A stretch of DNA of 64,000 bases from Sedimentisphaerales bacterium. Lineage in GTDB: Bacteria > Planctomycetota > Phycisphaerae > Sedimentisphaerales > SM23-30. The stretch's first letter is position 1. Each line of letters begins with the position of its first letter. The notes below the pieces were generated by a model. That model saw only the letters and a program-made list of their open reading frames with translations. It had not been told where the DNA came from and did no database searches. Shown here one piece after another: positions 27,997 through 39,275 of this stretch. The position numbers and the translations under genes are program-made. The DNA is taken from NCBI GenBank assembly GCA_963663965.2, contig CAXXFK010000015.1, forward strand, positions 128,001 through 192,000, read 5' to 3'.

Positions 27997-30960
27997 TCAA
28001 CTGTCACTTAAATCAGACAGATTCTTTTCGATCAGCGCCAACTGTTCGCGCATCTGATCCAGCCTCTCGCGTTCTCGTTGCACAACCTCAGGATTAGCCC
28101 GGCTCACAAAATTCGGATTCGCCAGTTTGCCGCTCGCAGAACCAATCCCCTTTTCCAGTTCAATCTTGCTCTTTTCCAGCCGCTGAATTTCCGCGGTCAC
28201 ATCAACCACATCCTTGACATAGATCTCCATATCGCCCGTAACCGCGGTCGCGGCATTCTTCGGCTTCGCACAGCCGATCCCGATCTCCAACACTTCCAGG
28301 CCGGACATCAGCATGATCAAACTCCGGCCCGCTTCCAGTTGCGCGACCCGCTCCGCCTGTGTTTTAATCGCGGCCGTCACCTTGGTCTTCGGCGCCACCT
28401 GGTACTGCGTCCGGATATCACGAATTGTGCGAATAATCGATTGCAGCATTTCCATTCGCCCTTCCAATTCCCTATCCACAAACGCCTGCGAAATCTCCGG
28501 CCACTGCGCCGTGATCAGGTAAGGGCTGTCAGGCAAAGCGGCCATTTCTCCCAGCGATCGGTCCACACACAATTCGCGCAACGGCTGATAGATCCCCTCC
28601 GTAATAAATGGCAAAAACGGATGAAACAGCCGCAAACTGGCGTCGATCGTAAACGCCAGCACCTTCTGGGCCACCGGCTTTAGTTGCGCGTCCCGCATAC
28701 GCGGCTTGACAAACTCCAGATACCAGTCGCACAATTCATTCCAGAAAAATCGATACAACGTCTGGATCGGCTCGCTAAACCGAAACGCTTCCAGTTGCGC
28801 CGTGACATCACCAGACACTCGCGCCAGCCGTGACAAAATCCACCGGTCTTCCATCTGCAACTGCTCCATATCGATGGCATCAACCGGGGTATTTTCCAGA
28901 TTGCCCATCGCGAATCGGGACGCGTTCCATAGCTTGTTACAGAAATTCCGGCCAATGTCAAATTTCGGCGACGAATTCACCGTTCGGCCATCCGGCAGCG
29001 TCATCGGCTCTACCGGCATGCGGACATCCTGGGTTTGCGTCGTCATACTTGCCAGCGCGAACCGCATCGCGTCTGCACCGTGGCTGTCGATTATATCCAG
29101 CGGATCGATACCATTGCCCAGACTCTTGGACATCTTCCGCCCTTCGCCATCCTGGATCATCGCATGAATAAACACATCGCTGAAGGGGATATCACCAACG
29201 CAATATTGACCCATCATCACCATGCGCGACACCCACAGAGTGATTATCTCGCGGGCCGTACACAAAACACTGCCGGGATAATACGTCTCCAGATCCTTCG
29301 ATGGTTCCGGCCAGCCCAGCGTACTGAACGGCCACAACGCGCTGCTGAACCAGGTATCCAGAACATCATTATCGCGCACCCACCCCTCGGCTTCCATGGC
29401 TTTTTCCAGCTCATCAAAGCCCGGCTTAACGCAAAGATAAGTCACCGGTCCGCTATCGCTCTGGAAAACCTGTCGGTGCGTACCATATTCACAACGATTA
29501 GGATGCTCACCGGGTTTGGACCAGACCGGGATCCGATGCCCCCACCAGAGCTGACGACTGATGGGCCAGTCACGTAAGTTCTCCAGCCATAACTGATAGT
29601 TGCGGCGATACCGTTCCGGCGTTATCCGTAACCGCCCATCCACCAGCGGTTTCAGCGCCAGACCCGCCAGTGAATTAACTGGCACATCAGTCCCTGCGAT
29701 CAGTCCCTGACCAAATTTTTCACCAAGGCCGGTTATTGGCTCCTTCACTGCAATATACCATTGATCCGATAAATACGGCTCAATCGGCACATGACTGCGA
29801 TAACTATGACCCACCTCATGGACATGATCCCGCACATCTTCCAATAGTTTATTCTGACGAAACCACTCCACAATCGCTTCCCGGGCCTCAAAACGGTCCT
29901 TCCCCAACACCCATTCTTCCAATAATCCCCGGTGCGCCTGGTCATGCTCATCCCAGTCAATCCAGCCAAAATTCTTGCTGATACTGCCATCCGGCGCCAT
30001 GACATTCACTATCGGTAAGCCATGTCGTTGACCGATCTGATAGTCATTGGGATCATGCGCCGGAGTCACTTTCAAAAATCCCGTTGAAAACCTGGCTTTC
30101 TCATCACTGCTTTCTGGATCCGGCAGTACGACATGCTGATCGGCAACAATCGGGATCACTCGCCCCACTATTGGCAAACGCAACATCTTGCCAACCAGAA
30201 CGCCGGCCCGGGGATCAACTGGATTCATCGCCACTGCCGTATCGCCCAGCATTGTCTCAGGCCGGGTGGTCGCTACCGTTACATAGGTAATTTTCCCACC
30301 CTTAAATGCCACCGGCTCAACCAGCGGATATCGCAGATACCAGAACGCCCCCTTCACGCTTTCGTGTTCCACTTCATCATCCGCCAATACCGTCTGGGTC
30401 GCCGGATCCCAGTTCACCAGTCGTTTCCCCCGATAAATCAAACCATCGGCAAATAATTTGGAAAACGTCTCCCGCACCGCCCGCGCGCAAACCTCATCCA
30501 TGGTAAACCGCGTCCGATCCCAGTCACACGAGCACCCCATCAATTGTAACTGCTTAATGATCCGGGCCTCATAGTCATCCTTCCACGCCTGCACCCGCCC
30601 CACAAATGCGTCCCGGCTAAAATCGGTCCTCCGCTTCCCTTCATCCGCCAGCAATCGCTTCTCAACCACCGTTTGTGTCGCAATCCCGGCATGATCCGTT
30701 CCCGGCATCCATAAAGTATTATACCCCTGCATCCGCCGCCAGCGGATCAGGATATCCTGCAACGTATTATTAAGAGCATGCCCCAGGTGCAGCGCCGCCG
30801 TCACATTCGGCGGCGGGATCACAATCGTATAAACCCGCATATCCACTTCCGGCTCTTCAGGCGCCACCGCACTGAAACATTTATTGTCATTCCATAAACG
30901 TGAAGCTTCCATCTCGATCTGACTGGGCTCATACAATGTCGACATGTCTTTCATCGGCAA
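27997..30960 (-). CDS. valS: Valine--tRNA ligase
   Basis: PPPNVT..HLGH, DHAGIATQ, ATTRPET, TPAHD, ISRQLWWGH, KMSKS, C-terminal coiled coil. Confidence 0.98.
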   Translation of the reverse strand: MPMKDMSTLYEPSQIEMEASRLWNDNKCFSAVAPEEPEVDMRVYTIVIPPPNVTAALHLGHALNNTLQDILIRWRRMQGYNTLWMPGTDHAGIATQTVVEKRLLADEGKRRTDFSRDAFVGRVQAWKDDYEARIIKQLQLMGCSCDWDRTRFTMDEVCARAVRETFSKLFADGLIYRGKRLVNWDPATQTVLADDEVEHESVKGAFWYLRYPLVEPVAFKGGKITYVTVATTRPETMLGDTAVAMNPVDPRAGVLVGKMLRLPIVGRVIPIVADQHVVLPDPESSDEKARFSTGFLKVTPAHDPNDYQIGQRHGLPIVNVMAPDGSISKNFGWIDWDEHDQAHRGLLEEWVLGKDRFEAREAIVEWFRQNKLLEDVRDHVHEVGHSYRSHVPIEPYLSDQWYIAVKEPITGLGEKFGQGLIAGTDVPVNSLAGLALKPLVDGRLRITPERYRRNYQLWLENLRDWPISRQLWWGHRIPVWSKPGEHPNRCEYGTHRQVFQSDSGPVTYLCVKPGFDELEKAMEAEGWVRDNDVLDTWFSSALWPFSTLGWPEPSKDLETYYPGSVLCTAREIITLWVSRMVMMGQYCVGDIPFSDVFIHAMIQDGEGRKMSKSLGNGIDPLDIIDSHGADAMRFALASMTTQTQDVRMPVEPMTLPDGRTVNSSPKFDIGRNFCNKLWNASRFAMGNLENTPVDAIDMEQLQMEDRWILSRLARVSGDVTAQLEAFRFSEPIQTLYRFFWNELCDWYLEFVKPRMRDAQLKPVAQKVLAFTIDASLRLFHPFLPFITEGIYQPLRELCVDRSLGEMAALPDSPYLITAQWPEISQAFVDRELEGRMEMLQSIIRTIRDIRTQYQVAPKTKVTAAIKTQAERVAQLEAGRSLIMLMSGLEVLEIGIGCAKPKNAATAVTGDMEIYVKDVVDVTAEIQRLEKSKIELEKGIGSASGKLANPNFVSRANPEVVQRERERLDQMREQLALIEKNLSDLSDS

Positions 30961-31198
30961 TTATCCCTTTTTCTGGCCGGCAATACGCAACAGCCTTTAC
31001 AACACAACTTATTGCAATAATTATAGTTACATAGACTATGAACTTTTATGAATTATAAGCGCTTAACCCTTATTGTCAACGCAATTTACTAGGTAATCAC
31101 CATTCCATGCAATTTTTTAACTTAACAATTGACCTGCAACCCCATTTCCCCTAAAATCCTGACTGAGCTTTTGCCCAAAAATGCAAATTCACATAAAC

Positions 31199-31273
31199 CG
31201 GGCTGTGGCGCAGTTTGGCTAGCGTGCTTGACTGGGGGTCAAGAGGTCGCAGGTTCAAGTCCTGTCAGCCCGA
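31199..31273 (+). tRNA. tRNA-Pro (anticodon GGG), CCA not encoded
   Basis: Acceptor stem CGGGCTG/CAGCCCG, anticodon stem CTTGA/TCAAG with loop CTGGGGG, T-loop GTTCAAG. Confidence 0.96.
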
Positions 31274-31280
31274 TTAATAC

Positions 31281-31317
31281 AAAAAAGGAAAGGATTTATA
31301 AAATCCTTTCCTTTTTT
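31281..31317 (+). terminator. Intrinsic terminator after tRNA-Pro
   Basis: AAAAAAGGAAAGGATTT-ata-AAATCCTTTCCTTTTTT perfect hairpin with T tail. Confidence 0.85.
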
Positions 31318-31923
31318 GTATGTCTATTCCGGGAGTTCTCATCAACAATTCAGCCCAAAAAGAATTGATTCATAATAAATTCTAACCCATGTTGGCTTAA
31401 TGCTTTGGGTGGCGCTGCGGCCAGATCAATTCTGGAGTGACAGTTGGTTGGATAAAATTTATTCTTGTCAAAAATTAACCCAACGGTTATCTGCAGAAAA
31501 ATGATTAAAATCGATCGGATCATTTAAAAACAATAAGGTCGAATCTACAAAAATACCTTTTATTAGTATTAATGATAAACAGTAATGGGTTCCCTGCCGT
31601 TAAACTGAATATATACCAGTCTATCTCACAATTTGGTGTATTTTGATTCCGATATTAAAAATCTGATTTTTTGACTCTAATTATAAATATTAGTAACAAA
31701 TATATGGTATGTGTTTTTTCTCTAAAGAAAAAAATCAATGGATTTTTCTGATCAGAAATTAAACCTGAATCAAGATATTCATTTGAATCCACCATTGATA
31801 GCTATACCTTTTTTTAAATAACTGCTTCAATACCCAATGATTACCCGTTTGCTGCTCTTAATAAATTATCAGAGTATATTAATATAGTATCGACGATGTT
31901 TTTTCGCCCAAATGAGAAAATAA

Positions 31924-34407
31924 ATGAATAAATACCAGTTTCTTTTAGATATAGCTATAGTATCAATTATATTCTTATCTTCAAACAGATCATGGGGTCA
32001 GCCAAACGTATGCTTGGAGCAATTAGATACCAGTTTGATTACGATACCTTGGGGCCAACCTCAAATTAATCAATCTGTTGGAAAGAATGTTCTGCAAATT
32101 AATGAGCAATCCTATTCCAGAGGTTTGGGATTACATGCCGCATGCAAATTCTGGATCGAAACAAGAGGCGCAACCCGTTTCAGCGGAGCGGTTGGAATTG
32201 ACGATGAATCCCTTGGAACCGTCGCCAGTGCTCAGATGACAATTTACGGAGACGGTGCTCTTTTATGGGAAAGCCCTGTCTTTAAAGCTGGCCAACCCGC
32301 CAATCGATTTGATCTGGACATTTCATCCATACAAAAAATCCTGATAGAAATATCGGATGGAGGAGATGGCATTAATAGCGATCATATCGATATCGTTGAT
32401 GCGATCTTTGAAGTGAATGGGAATCCCCCCCGACTGATTGAAACCCCTCTTCCGCCTGATCGCTGGATTTTGGGGCAAAAACATGATATTGAGTGGAATG
32501 TCGCTCACGAGGAGAGATTGCCGCATCAGGATTTTATTGAATTGAGCGGCCGTAAAGTGTCCTTTGTTCTTACCTATCAAGTTAATCCAGATAAAACGCT
32601 GGAAATTAACCGTCGCCTTATCTGGCCTGCCCTGCGTACAATCCCTAACGATACTCATGCCAGCTTGATTCATGATTTTCCGAAAGAATTGTTCTATAAA
32701 ATTGAGTCCAATGGAAATTCGATCTTACCTGAAACGGTCAACCAGATAATCATTCACGGTTTAGTAACGATCCGTTCAACACTGACAAATGGTTTACACA
32801 TGGAACGCCTATTAATGCCCAGCATGAATAAAGGTTACGTTGTTGAAATTGTTCGAATTACCAATCCTACCAAGGATTCAGTAACACTCACTTTTACTCC
32901 TCCCCATTACGAATATAAAACTGCCTCCGAAAAAGGAGTCTATGGATCCTACGTATTAGATATTTTAGCAGATTTTGAACCATCCATAACTTTGTTACCA
33001 GGGGCCGACCACACCTGTTCTCTTTTTTTTCGGGGCCGGAAACTAAACGAACTTCCGGAACAAGGTAACGCCCAACAGGAATTACAAGTACGTCAGCAAT
33101 ATGTCAACTCCCTTTTTGAATCCCTGATTTTGGAATGTCCGGACCCGATTATAACCCAGACTTTCAATTTTACCAAATTACGCGGTACCGAAAGCGTTTT
33201 TCAGACACAAGGTGGGTATATGTTTGCCCCGGGCGGAGAACGCTACTATGCCGCGATCTGGGCCAATGACAATGCGGAATATCAGGGCCCATTCGCCCCT
33301 TTTATAGGAGATTACTATGCCAATGAAGCAGCCCTGAATGCCTACCGCCACTTCGCTCGCTTTATGAACAATGAATTTAAACCGATACCATCTTCTATCA
33401 TCGCCGAAGGAGTTTCGATCTGGAATGGCGCCGGGGACCGTGGCGATGCCGCCATGATCGCCTATGGAGCGGCACGTTATGCCCTGGCGCGAGGCAGTCA
33501 GGACGTCGCCCGTGAATTATGGCCTCTGATTAAATGGTGTTTGGAATACTGTCAACGCCAAAAGAATACCCAGGGTGTTATCGCTTCTGATTGTGATGAA
33601 CTGGAACACCGATTCCCGGCGGGTAAAGCGAATCTTTGTACTTCAGCCCTGGCTTATGACGCATACCGCTCAGCGGCTATGCTGGCAAACACTCTGCATC
33701 TAAATTCATACATCAGCGATAAGTATCAACAGGAAGCCAATGCCTTGAAGGAAAATATAATCCGGTATTTTGCAGCAGAAGTTGAAGGGTTTCAAACCTG
33801 GCAATATTACGAAGGAAATACGGTTTTACGGGCATGGATTTGCATCCCTTTAACTACAGGGATCACTGACAGAATGGATGGGACCTTGGCTGCGTTATTC
33901 AGCCCGAGATTATGGACCCGCAATGGATTGGCAACCCAGGCCGGCGCCAGGACATTTTGGGATCGATCCACCCTGTACGCACTGCGCGGGGTATTCACCG
34001 TCGGAAAAACCGATTTGGGACTGGAAAAATTTCATTATTACAGTGAGAGACGCCTCCTTGGAGAACATGTTCCATACCCGGTCGAAGCCTGGCCGGAAGG
34101 CAATCAACGCCATCTGGCCGCTGAAAGCGCGCTGTATTGTCGAGTAATTACTGAAGGTTTGTTTGGAATTCGACCCACTGGATTCGGGCAATTTGAATGC
34201 GCTCCTTATCTCCCCTCTTCCTGGGATAAAATGGCTCTTAAACATATCAAATTATTCGACCGTGATTTTGATATCGTATCTGAAAGAACATCTGATGGTT
34301 TTGCCGTGACCATCCAATCGCCGCAACAACCGCCGGTCGTTTATCGTTGGAATGGTACAACCCCATTAAAAATCACCCTTGATCAACATGGCCTGCTTGA
34401 CAAATAA
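31924..34407 (+). CDS. Secreted NPCBM/NEW2 domain + six-hairpin glycosidase-like protein
   Basis: NPCBM motif RGLGLHA..FSGAVGIDD..GDGINSDH; catalytic-type region YYAAIWANDNAEY, DELEHRFP, TFWDRST, VEAWPE. Confidence 0.75.
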   Translation: MNKYQFLLDIAIVSIIFLSSNRSWGQPNVCLEQLDTSLITIPWGQPQINQSVGKNVLQINEQSYSRGLGLHAACKFWIETRGATRFSGAVGIDDESLGTVASAQMTIYGDGALLWESPVFKAGQPANRFDLDISSIQKILIEISDGGDGINSDHIDIVDAIFEVNGNPPRLIETPLPPDRWILGQKHDIEWNVAHEERLPHQDFIELSGRKVSFVLTYQVNPDKTLEINRRLIWPALRTIPNDTHASLIHDFPKELFYKIESNGNSILPETVNQIIIHGLVTIRSTLTNGLHMERLLMPSMNKGYVVEIVRITNPTKDSVTLTFTPPHYEYKTASEKGVYGSYVLDILADFEPSITLLPGADHTCSLFFRGRKLNELPEQGNAQQELQVRQQYVNSLFESLILECPDPIITQTFNFTKLRGTESVFQTQGGYMFAPGGERYYAAIWANDNAEYQGPFAPFIGDYYANEAALNAYRHFARFMNNEFKPIPSSIIAEGVSIWNGAGDRGDAAMIAYGAARYALARGSQDVARELWPLIKWCLEYCQRQKNTQGVIASDCDELEHRFPAGKANLCTSALAYDAYRSAAMLANTLHLNSYISDKYQQEANALKENIIRYFAAEVEGFQTWQYYEGNTVLRAWICIPLTTGITDRMDGTLAALFSPRLWTRNGLATQAGARTFWDRSTLYALRGVFTVGKTDLGLEKFHYYSERRLLGEHVPYPVEAWPEGNQRHLAAESALYCRVITEGLFGIRPTGFGQFECAPYLPSSWDKMALKHIKLFDRDFDIVSERTSDGFAVTIQSPQQPPVVYRWNGTTPLKITLDQHGLLDK

Positions 34408-34723
34408 AACTACTTCTGCGCAGAAGAGATGCACAAGAGTCATTTGATTAAGTTTTCCTTAAAAATATCACCATTACACAACATCGGGCTTGAATATATA
34501 AAACAGCCTTTGAGACTCGCATAGTCCTGAAATTATCTTGTATCGGATAAAGGGATCATTACAATTTAACAGGCTGACATTGGAGGAAATATAACATTTT
34601 TATTACGATCAAAAAATGGGAATGGACACAAAATAATTTTTTATTTTCCACCTCCAATTTTTCCCATCAATGACAAATTCATATGTTGCCTGACAAAGTT
34701 TAGATTCAATAACCCCAAACAAT

Positions 34724-35245
34724 ATGGATAAGAACAAACAGTTTATTCGCTTTTTTACCGGCGTCCAGGTTAAATTACATGCCTTTATCATGGCATGTGT
34801 GCATAACCGCAATGATGCCGACGATATCATGCAGGATGTTTCCGTAATTTTATGGGATAAATTCGAAACTTATGAAGTAAACCGGGATTTTGGCGCCTGG
34901 GCCATGGGAATTACTAAAATAAAAGTTATGGAATTCCTGCGTAAAAACAGGCGTTCAAAAATGGTTTTCAACGATTCCTTTTATCAATCGGTCTCTGATT
35001 ATACTGAGCAGGCCAATGATGACATAAACGAACGGATTGAAGTTGTCAAGAATTGCATGTTGAAACTTAAAGATAACGAACGAAATCTGTTAAAACTTCG
35101 TTACCACAAAAACCTTACTGTTAAGCAAGTCTCCCAGATCACCGGTCGTTCCTCGTACGGTTTATACAAATCTTTTGCACGATTAATCGTTTGTCTTCGT
35201 GAGTGCGTAAGGCGTAATCTGGCTATCCAGGGACTGGAGAGATAA
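34724..35245 (+). CDS. ECF sigma factor (Rhodopirellula/Verrucomicrobium-type)
   Basis: LHAFI..ADDIMQDVSVILWDKF..FGAWA; region 4 LLKLRY..LRECV. Confidence 0.9.
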   Translation: MDKNKQFIRFFTGVQVKLHAFIMACVHNRNDADDIMQDVSVILWDKFETYEVNRDFGAWAMGITKIKVMEFLRKNRRSKMVFNDSFYQSVSDYTEQANDDINERIEVVKNCMLKLKDNERNLLKLRYHKNLTVKQVSQITGRSSYGLYKSFARLIVCLRECVRRNLAIQGLER

Positions 35246-36955
35246 ATGACTGAAGAAAATAAACTCATTGAAATCTTTCTCCGTCTGCTGGAAAACGATG
35301 CGTCAGATCAGGATATCGCTGATTTTGAAAAATGGTACGAACTGACTCCAGACGCCAATGAGATTTACTGGAACTTTATCAAAGATTATGAAGCATTCCG
35401 TGTCGCGTGTGAAGCGGTTCATATCACCGGTATTTCTGCTCAGACCAATGGGGAACCGGTCAATCATAATATTCTATCCGCTTTGAGTGAGAATGAGCGC
35501 TCGGCGCCCACCATCGTACCGGAACAGAACCTTCCGGAATCATCTAACGAGATACTGACTCTTAAGATTAAGGCATTCCAACAGAATAATATACGCGGTC
35601 TGAAAAAGGGTTTCTGGTCCACACTGGGATTAGTAGCGTCGATTATCATGGTCTTATCGATCATTCTATATACTGAAATTATCCGTTTTCAACCCGGTAA
35701 AATCGTTGCAACCCTGGCGGATGGCCAGGATATCTCCTGGCGGGATTCCGCTTTCTCCGATCAAATAAACACACCGTTTTATTCCCGCCAAAAAACGGCT
35801 CAGCTTGATTCTGGTTTGGCGAAATTCATGTTCATTAATGGCGTCAAATTGGTTATGGAAGCTCCTGCGGCAATTAAATTTATTTCCGAAGATAAAATCA
35901 GTCTGGATTATGGCCGAATTTATGTGCGGGTGCCCGATCATTCCATCGGATTTACTGTATTAACGCATAATTCTGAAATCATCGATTTAGGCACTGGCTT
36001 CGGCATTTATGCCGATCAGGCGGGCAGCGCTTCCATCCATGTCATGGATGGACAGGTCAATCTGTTAAGCGGAAACAAAAGAAAACACAATCTAAGTAAA
36101 TTAGTTACGGTCGGGCAGGCTTATGAGGTTTCCGCGGATGGCCAGAAGGTTGATCCAATTGCATATTCCCCAACTCTTTTCGCCCGGGATCTATCCCCAA
36201 TCAATGGTAATGTCTGGCGGGGCGGTTCTCTGGACCTGGTTGACATATCCAACGGCGGCTTGGGAATCGACCTTAAAACAACACCTTGTACGATCAATCC
36301 GTTTACCGGCGAAATCATTAAACCAATCCGTGAAGATATGTCATTGAAAATCACGACGAATCCCTCTTATTGCATCACCGATTCATTATGGGCTGTCGAC
36401 GGTGTTTTTGTCCCCCAGCCGGTATTCTGGAATGCCGTGGTAAGTTCTGACGGCCACGTCTTTATGGAGATGCCCCGCATTGCAGGAGGCTGGCATAATC
36501 CAATTTTAACCCAGGCGGTTCAACGGTATATTTATATCGATACCGACAATCAGCCAACCTACCGAAACATTGAAGAACCGGTTATCGCCGGGGAATACTA
36601 TTGCCGCCCGGGCAATATGCCTGGCATGATTATCCATTCGAATCAGGGGATCACCTACGATTTGGATAAATTACGCCAGGCCCTGCCATTTATTGAAATT
36701 ACCGGGCTAAAAGCAAGGCTGGGACATCCTGATTCCGCTTATAAAATTTGTCGAACGGATTTCTGGGTCCTGTTGGATGGACAATTACGATTCCATTACG
36801 CCCACGACCCTGAAACCAGTGAGAGTATTCCGTTATCGTTGCCCCTGGAACGATCAAATCGCTTTCTGACTATGATCGCAACCGATGGCAATGATTCGAT
36901 TAATAACGATTGGTGGGGGTTGATCGAGCCCAGGCTGACAACCCGAGAAAAATAA
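35246..36955 (+). CDS. FecR-like anti-sigma factor with C-terminal NPCBM-like domain
   Basis: TM helix, FecR motif LDSG..GFTVLT..IDLGTGFG..HVMDGQV; C-terminal HSNQGITYDL..FLTMIATDG..D; abuts the ECF gene. Confidence 0.85.
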   Translation: MTEENKLIEIFLRLLENDASDQDIADFEKWYELTPDANEIYWNFIKDYEAFRVACEAVHITGISAQTNGEPVNHNILSALSENERSAPTIVPEQNLPESSNEILTLKIKAFQQNNIRGLKKGFWSTLGLVASIIMVLSIILYTEIIRFQPGKIVATLADGQDISWRDSAFSDQINTPFYSRQKTAQLDSGLAKFMFINGVKLVMEAPAAIKFISEDKISLDYGRIYVRVPDHSIGFTVLTHNSEIIDLGTGFGIYADQAGSASIHVMDGQVNLLSGNKRKHNLSKLVTVGQAYEVSADGQKVDPIAYSPTLFARDLSPINGNVWRGGSLDLVDISNGGLGIDLKTTPCTINPFTGEIIKPIREDMSLKITTNPSYCITDSLWAVDGVFVPQPVFWNAVVSSDGHVFMEMPRIAGGWHNPILTQAVQRYIYIDTDNQPTYRNIEEPVIAGEYYCRPGNMPGMIIHSNQGITYDLDKLRQALPFIEITGLKARLGHPDSAYKICRTDFWVLLDGQLRFHYAHDPETSESIPLSLPLERSNRFLTMIATDGNDSINNDWWGLIEPRLTTREK

Positions 36956-36982
36956 CAAACCCGTATTTGAAAGGAAAAGTGA

Positions 36983-39145
36983 ATGAAACTCCAAAGGTAT
37001 GCCAAAGCATTGTTAATGGCAGCATGGACCGTTGCCTTGATTGGAGGGAATCTGGCTGGTGCGACTTTGACGGATGGCCTGGTCGCTTACTATCCCTTTG
37101 ATGCCGGAGGGACGTATGATGAAAGCGGATATAATAATCACGGCACTATTGATGGAAGTGTCACGCCCCAGGAAGGCATCGTCGGAGGCGGCATGCTCTT
37201 TAATGGCCAAGGGGTGATTACTGCTCCGGATAAACCGCAGATTGACCTGGCCGGGAATCTGTCGTTTCAGGTCTGGTTCAAAACCTCCAGTACCAGCCGT
37301 ATGGGATTGCTGGGTAAAATCTATGCCTGGCCTTACGACGTGTTCCCTTATTACTGCGAATTAATTCAGGTTAACAGCGTCACAAAATTCTATCCCTATA
37401 TTGACGGCGCCGAATGGAATGGTGATGATCCGACGATACTGTTTGGAAATGCCCTTAACGATAATGAATGGCATCATGCCATAGTCACCTTTGATGATGC
37501 GGCAAACGTCATGAAGGTCTATATCGATGGTGTTTATAAGGGAGATGGCGGTACACAGGATGAGTTGATCGCTGATGAAGTAAATGATTACCCTCTGGTC
37601 ATTGGCGCCCTGCTGGCCGGGGATTCCCCCTCTTATTACCGAGTATTCAACGGAAGCATGGATGAAATAGCCATTTGGAATCGCGTACTGACCGAAAATG
37701 AAGTAACCGCTCTATACAACAATGGCCAGGGACGCCCGGTGAGCTCTGTAACTTACCCGGTTTCACCCCAGCATCATCAAACCGGTGTGGCTCCAACTGC
37801 CAGTTTACACTGGGAAACGGTTTCATCCGGTTCCGGCCAGAGCTATGACATTTATCTCGCCGGCAATCTGGATCCCAATCAAATAGACCCCAACAACTTA
37901 CCCCTGGTTGCCAGCGGGCTCGCCACAAAGGAATTCGATCCCGATGGCGAGCTGGGTTTCGATTTTACTTATCGTTGGCGAATTGTTACCCATATACCTG
38001 GCCAGGCAGACCAGACCAGCCCGGCTTGGACTTTTGTTGTTCGTTCGGATACGCCCTTCATTGCGACTCAACCACTTGATATCCATGCCACCCCGAATGG
38101 AATCGCTCAATTTACGATACAGGCAGAAAGTACCACTGACATGACTTACGCCTGGTATCGTCAGGTGGGTACAGAACCCACTCCGGCAACCGATCCACAA
38201 ATCTTCGACCAGAACGCCGGCACTCCGGAGGTTTTGGACCTGGCGTCAGTGCAACTTGCCGATGAAGGCTATTATTACTGTGTCGTATCTAATAATGGCG
38301 GCAGTGTAACCAGCTCTCCCGCCTTTTTAACCATCGATCGTATCATAGCAACCTGGGAATTTGACCAGACATTGGCCGATTCAACCGGTAATGGTTGGGA
38401 TGGACAGATGAGTCACGGTGCGACCCCCGTTTATGAGTCGGGCCTCAGCGGGACAGCCTTGAATCTCGCTGATACCCATGAATACGTTTATATCCCGGAC
38501 AGTAACCAGGGATTTGAATTCCTCAAGCGTGGTTATACCTTGTCTGTTTGGATTAATACAACGACGGGTGGATGGAATGGTGTTTTGACCAAATCTACTC
38601 GAGCGAGTGGTACTGCGGGTGGCGTAAACTACGCCAGCTATAAAGGAATCGTTATCACCCAGTATGATGGCTGGGCAGGTCACCAGATCCGTGGTGCAGG
38701 CGATTACTGGGGCAGCAACAACATCAACGACGGAAAATGGCACATGATTACAGCCACCTATCGCAACGATAAATGGGCCGAAATTTATGTCGATGGCCTG
38801 CGTTATTCCACCACCGGCGGACCGGTTGATGTTGATCCAACTACCAGTGCCGACACGGACCAACCGTTCGTAATCGGTAATGAATTAACGGTGCAATTGG
38901 AAAATGGGGATGATGTGCCATTTAACGGTCTGATCGATAATGTTCAGGTCTACAATTATGCGCTTTCACAGGATACCATTGCTGATATGTACCTGGCTTA
39001 TGTTGAGCAGGAGTATCTTTGCAAGAGTCGTCCGGAATTCGATTTTAACAACGATTGCATAACCGACCTGCTGGATTTCGCTCAGTTTGCCCAAACCTGG
39101 CTGGAATGCTACCGCTATCCGGAATGCCTGGATACACTGGAATAA
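36983..39145 (+). CDS. Secreted protein with two LamG domains, an Ig-like domain and a dockerin-like tail
   Basis: GLVAYYPFD, WHHAIVT, FNGSMDEIAIW; YYCVVSN; WHMITAT, FNGLIDNV; DFNNDCITDLLDFAQFAQTWL. Confidence 0.85.
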   Translation: MKLQRYAKALLMAAWTVALIGGNLAGATLTDGLVAYYPFDAGGTYDESGYNNHGTIDGSVTPQEGIVGGGMLFNGQGVITAPDKPQIDLAGNLSFQVWFKTSSTSRMGLLGKIYAWPYDVFPYYCELIQVNSVTKFYPYIDGAEWNGDDPTILFGNALNDNEWHHAIVTFDDAANVMKVYIDGVYKGDGGTQDELIADEVNDYPLVIGALLAGDSPSYYRVFNGSMDEIAIWNRVLTENEVTALYNNGQGRPVSSVTYPVSPQHHQTGVAPTASLHWETVSSGSGQSYDIYLAGNLDPNQIDPNNLPLVASGLATKEFDPDGELGFDFTYRWRIVTHIPGQADQTSPAWTFVVRSDTPFIATQPLDIHATPNGIAQFTIQAESTTDMTYAWYRQVGTEPTPATDPQIFDQNAGTPEVLDLASVQLADEGYYYCVVSNNGGSVTSSPAFLTIDRIIATWEFDQTLADSTGNGWDGQMSHGATPVYESGLSGTALNLADTHEYVYIPDSNQGFEFLKRGYTLSVWINTTTGGWNGVLTKSTRASGTAGGVNYASYKGIVITQYDGWAGHQIRGAGDYWGSNNINDGKWHMITATYRNDKWAEIYVDGLRYSTTGGPVDVDPTTSADTDQPFVIGNELTVQLENGDDVPFNGLIDNVQVYNYALSQDTIADMYLAYVEQEYLCKSRPEFDFNNDCITDLLDFAQFAQTWLECYRYPECLDTLE

Positions 39146-39164
39146 ATTGAAAGTATTGCGTATA

Positions 39165-39199
39165 GGTTCAGTCGAGCCGGCAAATGGCCCGGCTGAACC
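39165..39199 (+). terminator. Intergenic stem-loop (terminator or mRNA processing site)
   Basis: GGTTCAGTCGAGCC...GGCCCGGCTGAACC. Confidence 0.45.
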
Positions 39200-39275
39200 T
39201 TTCATATCCTGATAAATAAAGACTAACATCCAATATAAATCACCCCTGATTGATTTAACCAAATAAAAAATACTT

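Noticed and set aside
31199..31923. tRNA-Pro as the attachment site of an integrated island
   Set aside because: No integrase and no duplicated tRNA 3' end noticed in the window
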